Positions 35,260 to 35,768 of a stretch of 35,768 nucleotides of DNA are shown here, one piece after another. Origin of the DNA: a virus. Its lineage: Duplodnaviria > Caudoviricetes. The DNA lies in the IMG/VR virus record IMGVR_UViG_3300032218_000317, positions 1-35,768 of that record, one strand, 5' to 3'. The notes beneath the pieces were generated by a model that was not told the origin of the DNA, did no database searches, and worked only from the letters and a program-made list of their open reading frames with translations. Position 1 is the stretch's first letter; each line of letters opens with the position of its first letter. A program made the translations under genes and the position numbers.

Positions 35260-35768
35260 ATGGCATTTGCTAACTCAGCGATTACCGATATTATCGCTAC
35301 CACTATTCAAAGTCGTAGCGGTGAATTGGCAGACAACTTAACACAAAACAACGCAATTCTTCAGCGCTTGAACCAAAAGGGCAATGTTCGTCCTTTCTCA
35401 GGCGGTAATGTGATTCTTGAAGAAATTATGTATAACGACCCAAATACTAACAACGCTAATTCTTATAGCGGTTACGAAGTATTGAACATTGCACCAGACA
35501 GCCCAATTTCTGCTGCGCAATTTAAGATTGCACAGTATGCTGATTCTGTAACAATGTCTGGTTTAGAAATGTTGCAAAACAGCAGCAAAGAAGCAATTAT
35601 TGACTTGTTAGATGGTCGTATGCAAGTTTCTGAAGCACGCTTGTTAAACCGTATTTCTGGTGACTTGTATGGTGATGGTACTGGTAACGGTGGTAAGAAC
35701 TTGGATGGTTTGGGCGCTGCTGTTGCTGCTTCCCCAACTTCAGGTACTTACGGTGGTATTAACCGTGC
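35260..35768 (+). CDS. Major capsid protein, 5' part (missing from the ORF track)
   Basis: AAGGA RBS; MAFANSAITDIIATTIQSRSGELADN...; open to the window end and joins 1-582. Confidence 0.9.
   Translation, partial: MAFANSAITDIIATTIQSRSGELADNLTQNNAILQRLNQKGNVRPFSGGNVILEEIMYNDPNTNNANSYSGYEVLNIAPDSPISAAQFKIAQYADSVTMSGLEMLQNSSKEAIIDLLDGRMQVSEARLLNRISGDLYGDGTGNGGKNLDGLGAAVAASPTSGTYGGINR
35653..35768. repeat. Terminal direct repeat (right copy)
   Basis: 111 of 116 positions identical to 1-116. Confidence 0.97.

Overview
The window is an apparently complete, circularly permuted tailed-phage genome with a unit length of about 35,652 bp. Positions 1-116 repeat at 35653-35768 with 5 mismatches, and the break falls inside the major capsid gene. 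The architecture is podovirus/P22-like: terminase small and large subunits, portal, a long Thr/Ser/Gly-rich fibre, a glycosyltransferase, scaffold and capsid, then adaptor, nozzle, GNAT protein, ejection proteins, three adhesin + small-partner gene pairs, a free-standing GIY-YIG endonuclease, and a lysis cassette with a GH108 endolysin. The non-structural half has an ERF/SSB/exonuclease recombination operon, a Cro-like gene with no CI, a short replication-protein-like ORF, a C5-methyltransferase-like gene, several nucleases, a metallophosphoesterase + SprT pair and many small early ORFs. I recognise no integrase, polymerase, primase or helicase. My unverified impression from gene content is a freshwater betaproteobacterial phage. 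The most interesting signal is non-coding. Four tandem structured elements lie at 15413-15744, including a D-armless tRNA-like RNA whose loop (UUUUCCCCUUU) is complementary to the AAGGGG(AA) ribosome-binding sites of about 11 non-structural genes; the structural gene starts I checked use AGGA/GGAG instead. There is also a ~190-nt multibranch RNA candidate between cro and the replication gene, and a recurring promoter + 5'-stem leader architecture. All annotations come from motif recognition and manual folding; no searches were run.
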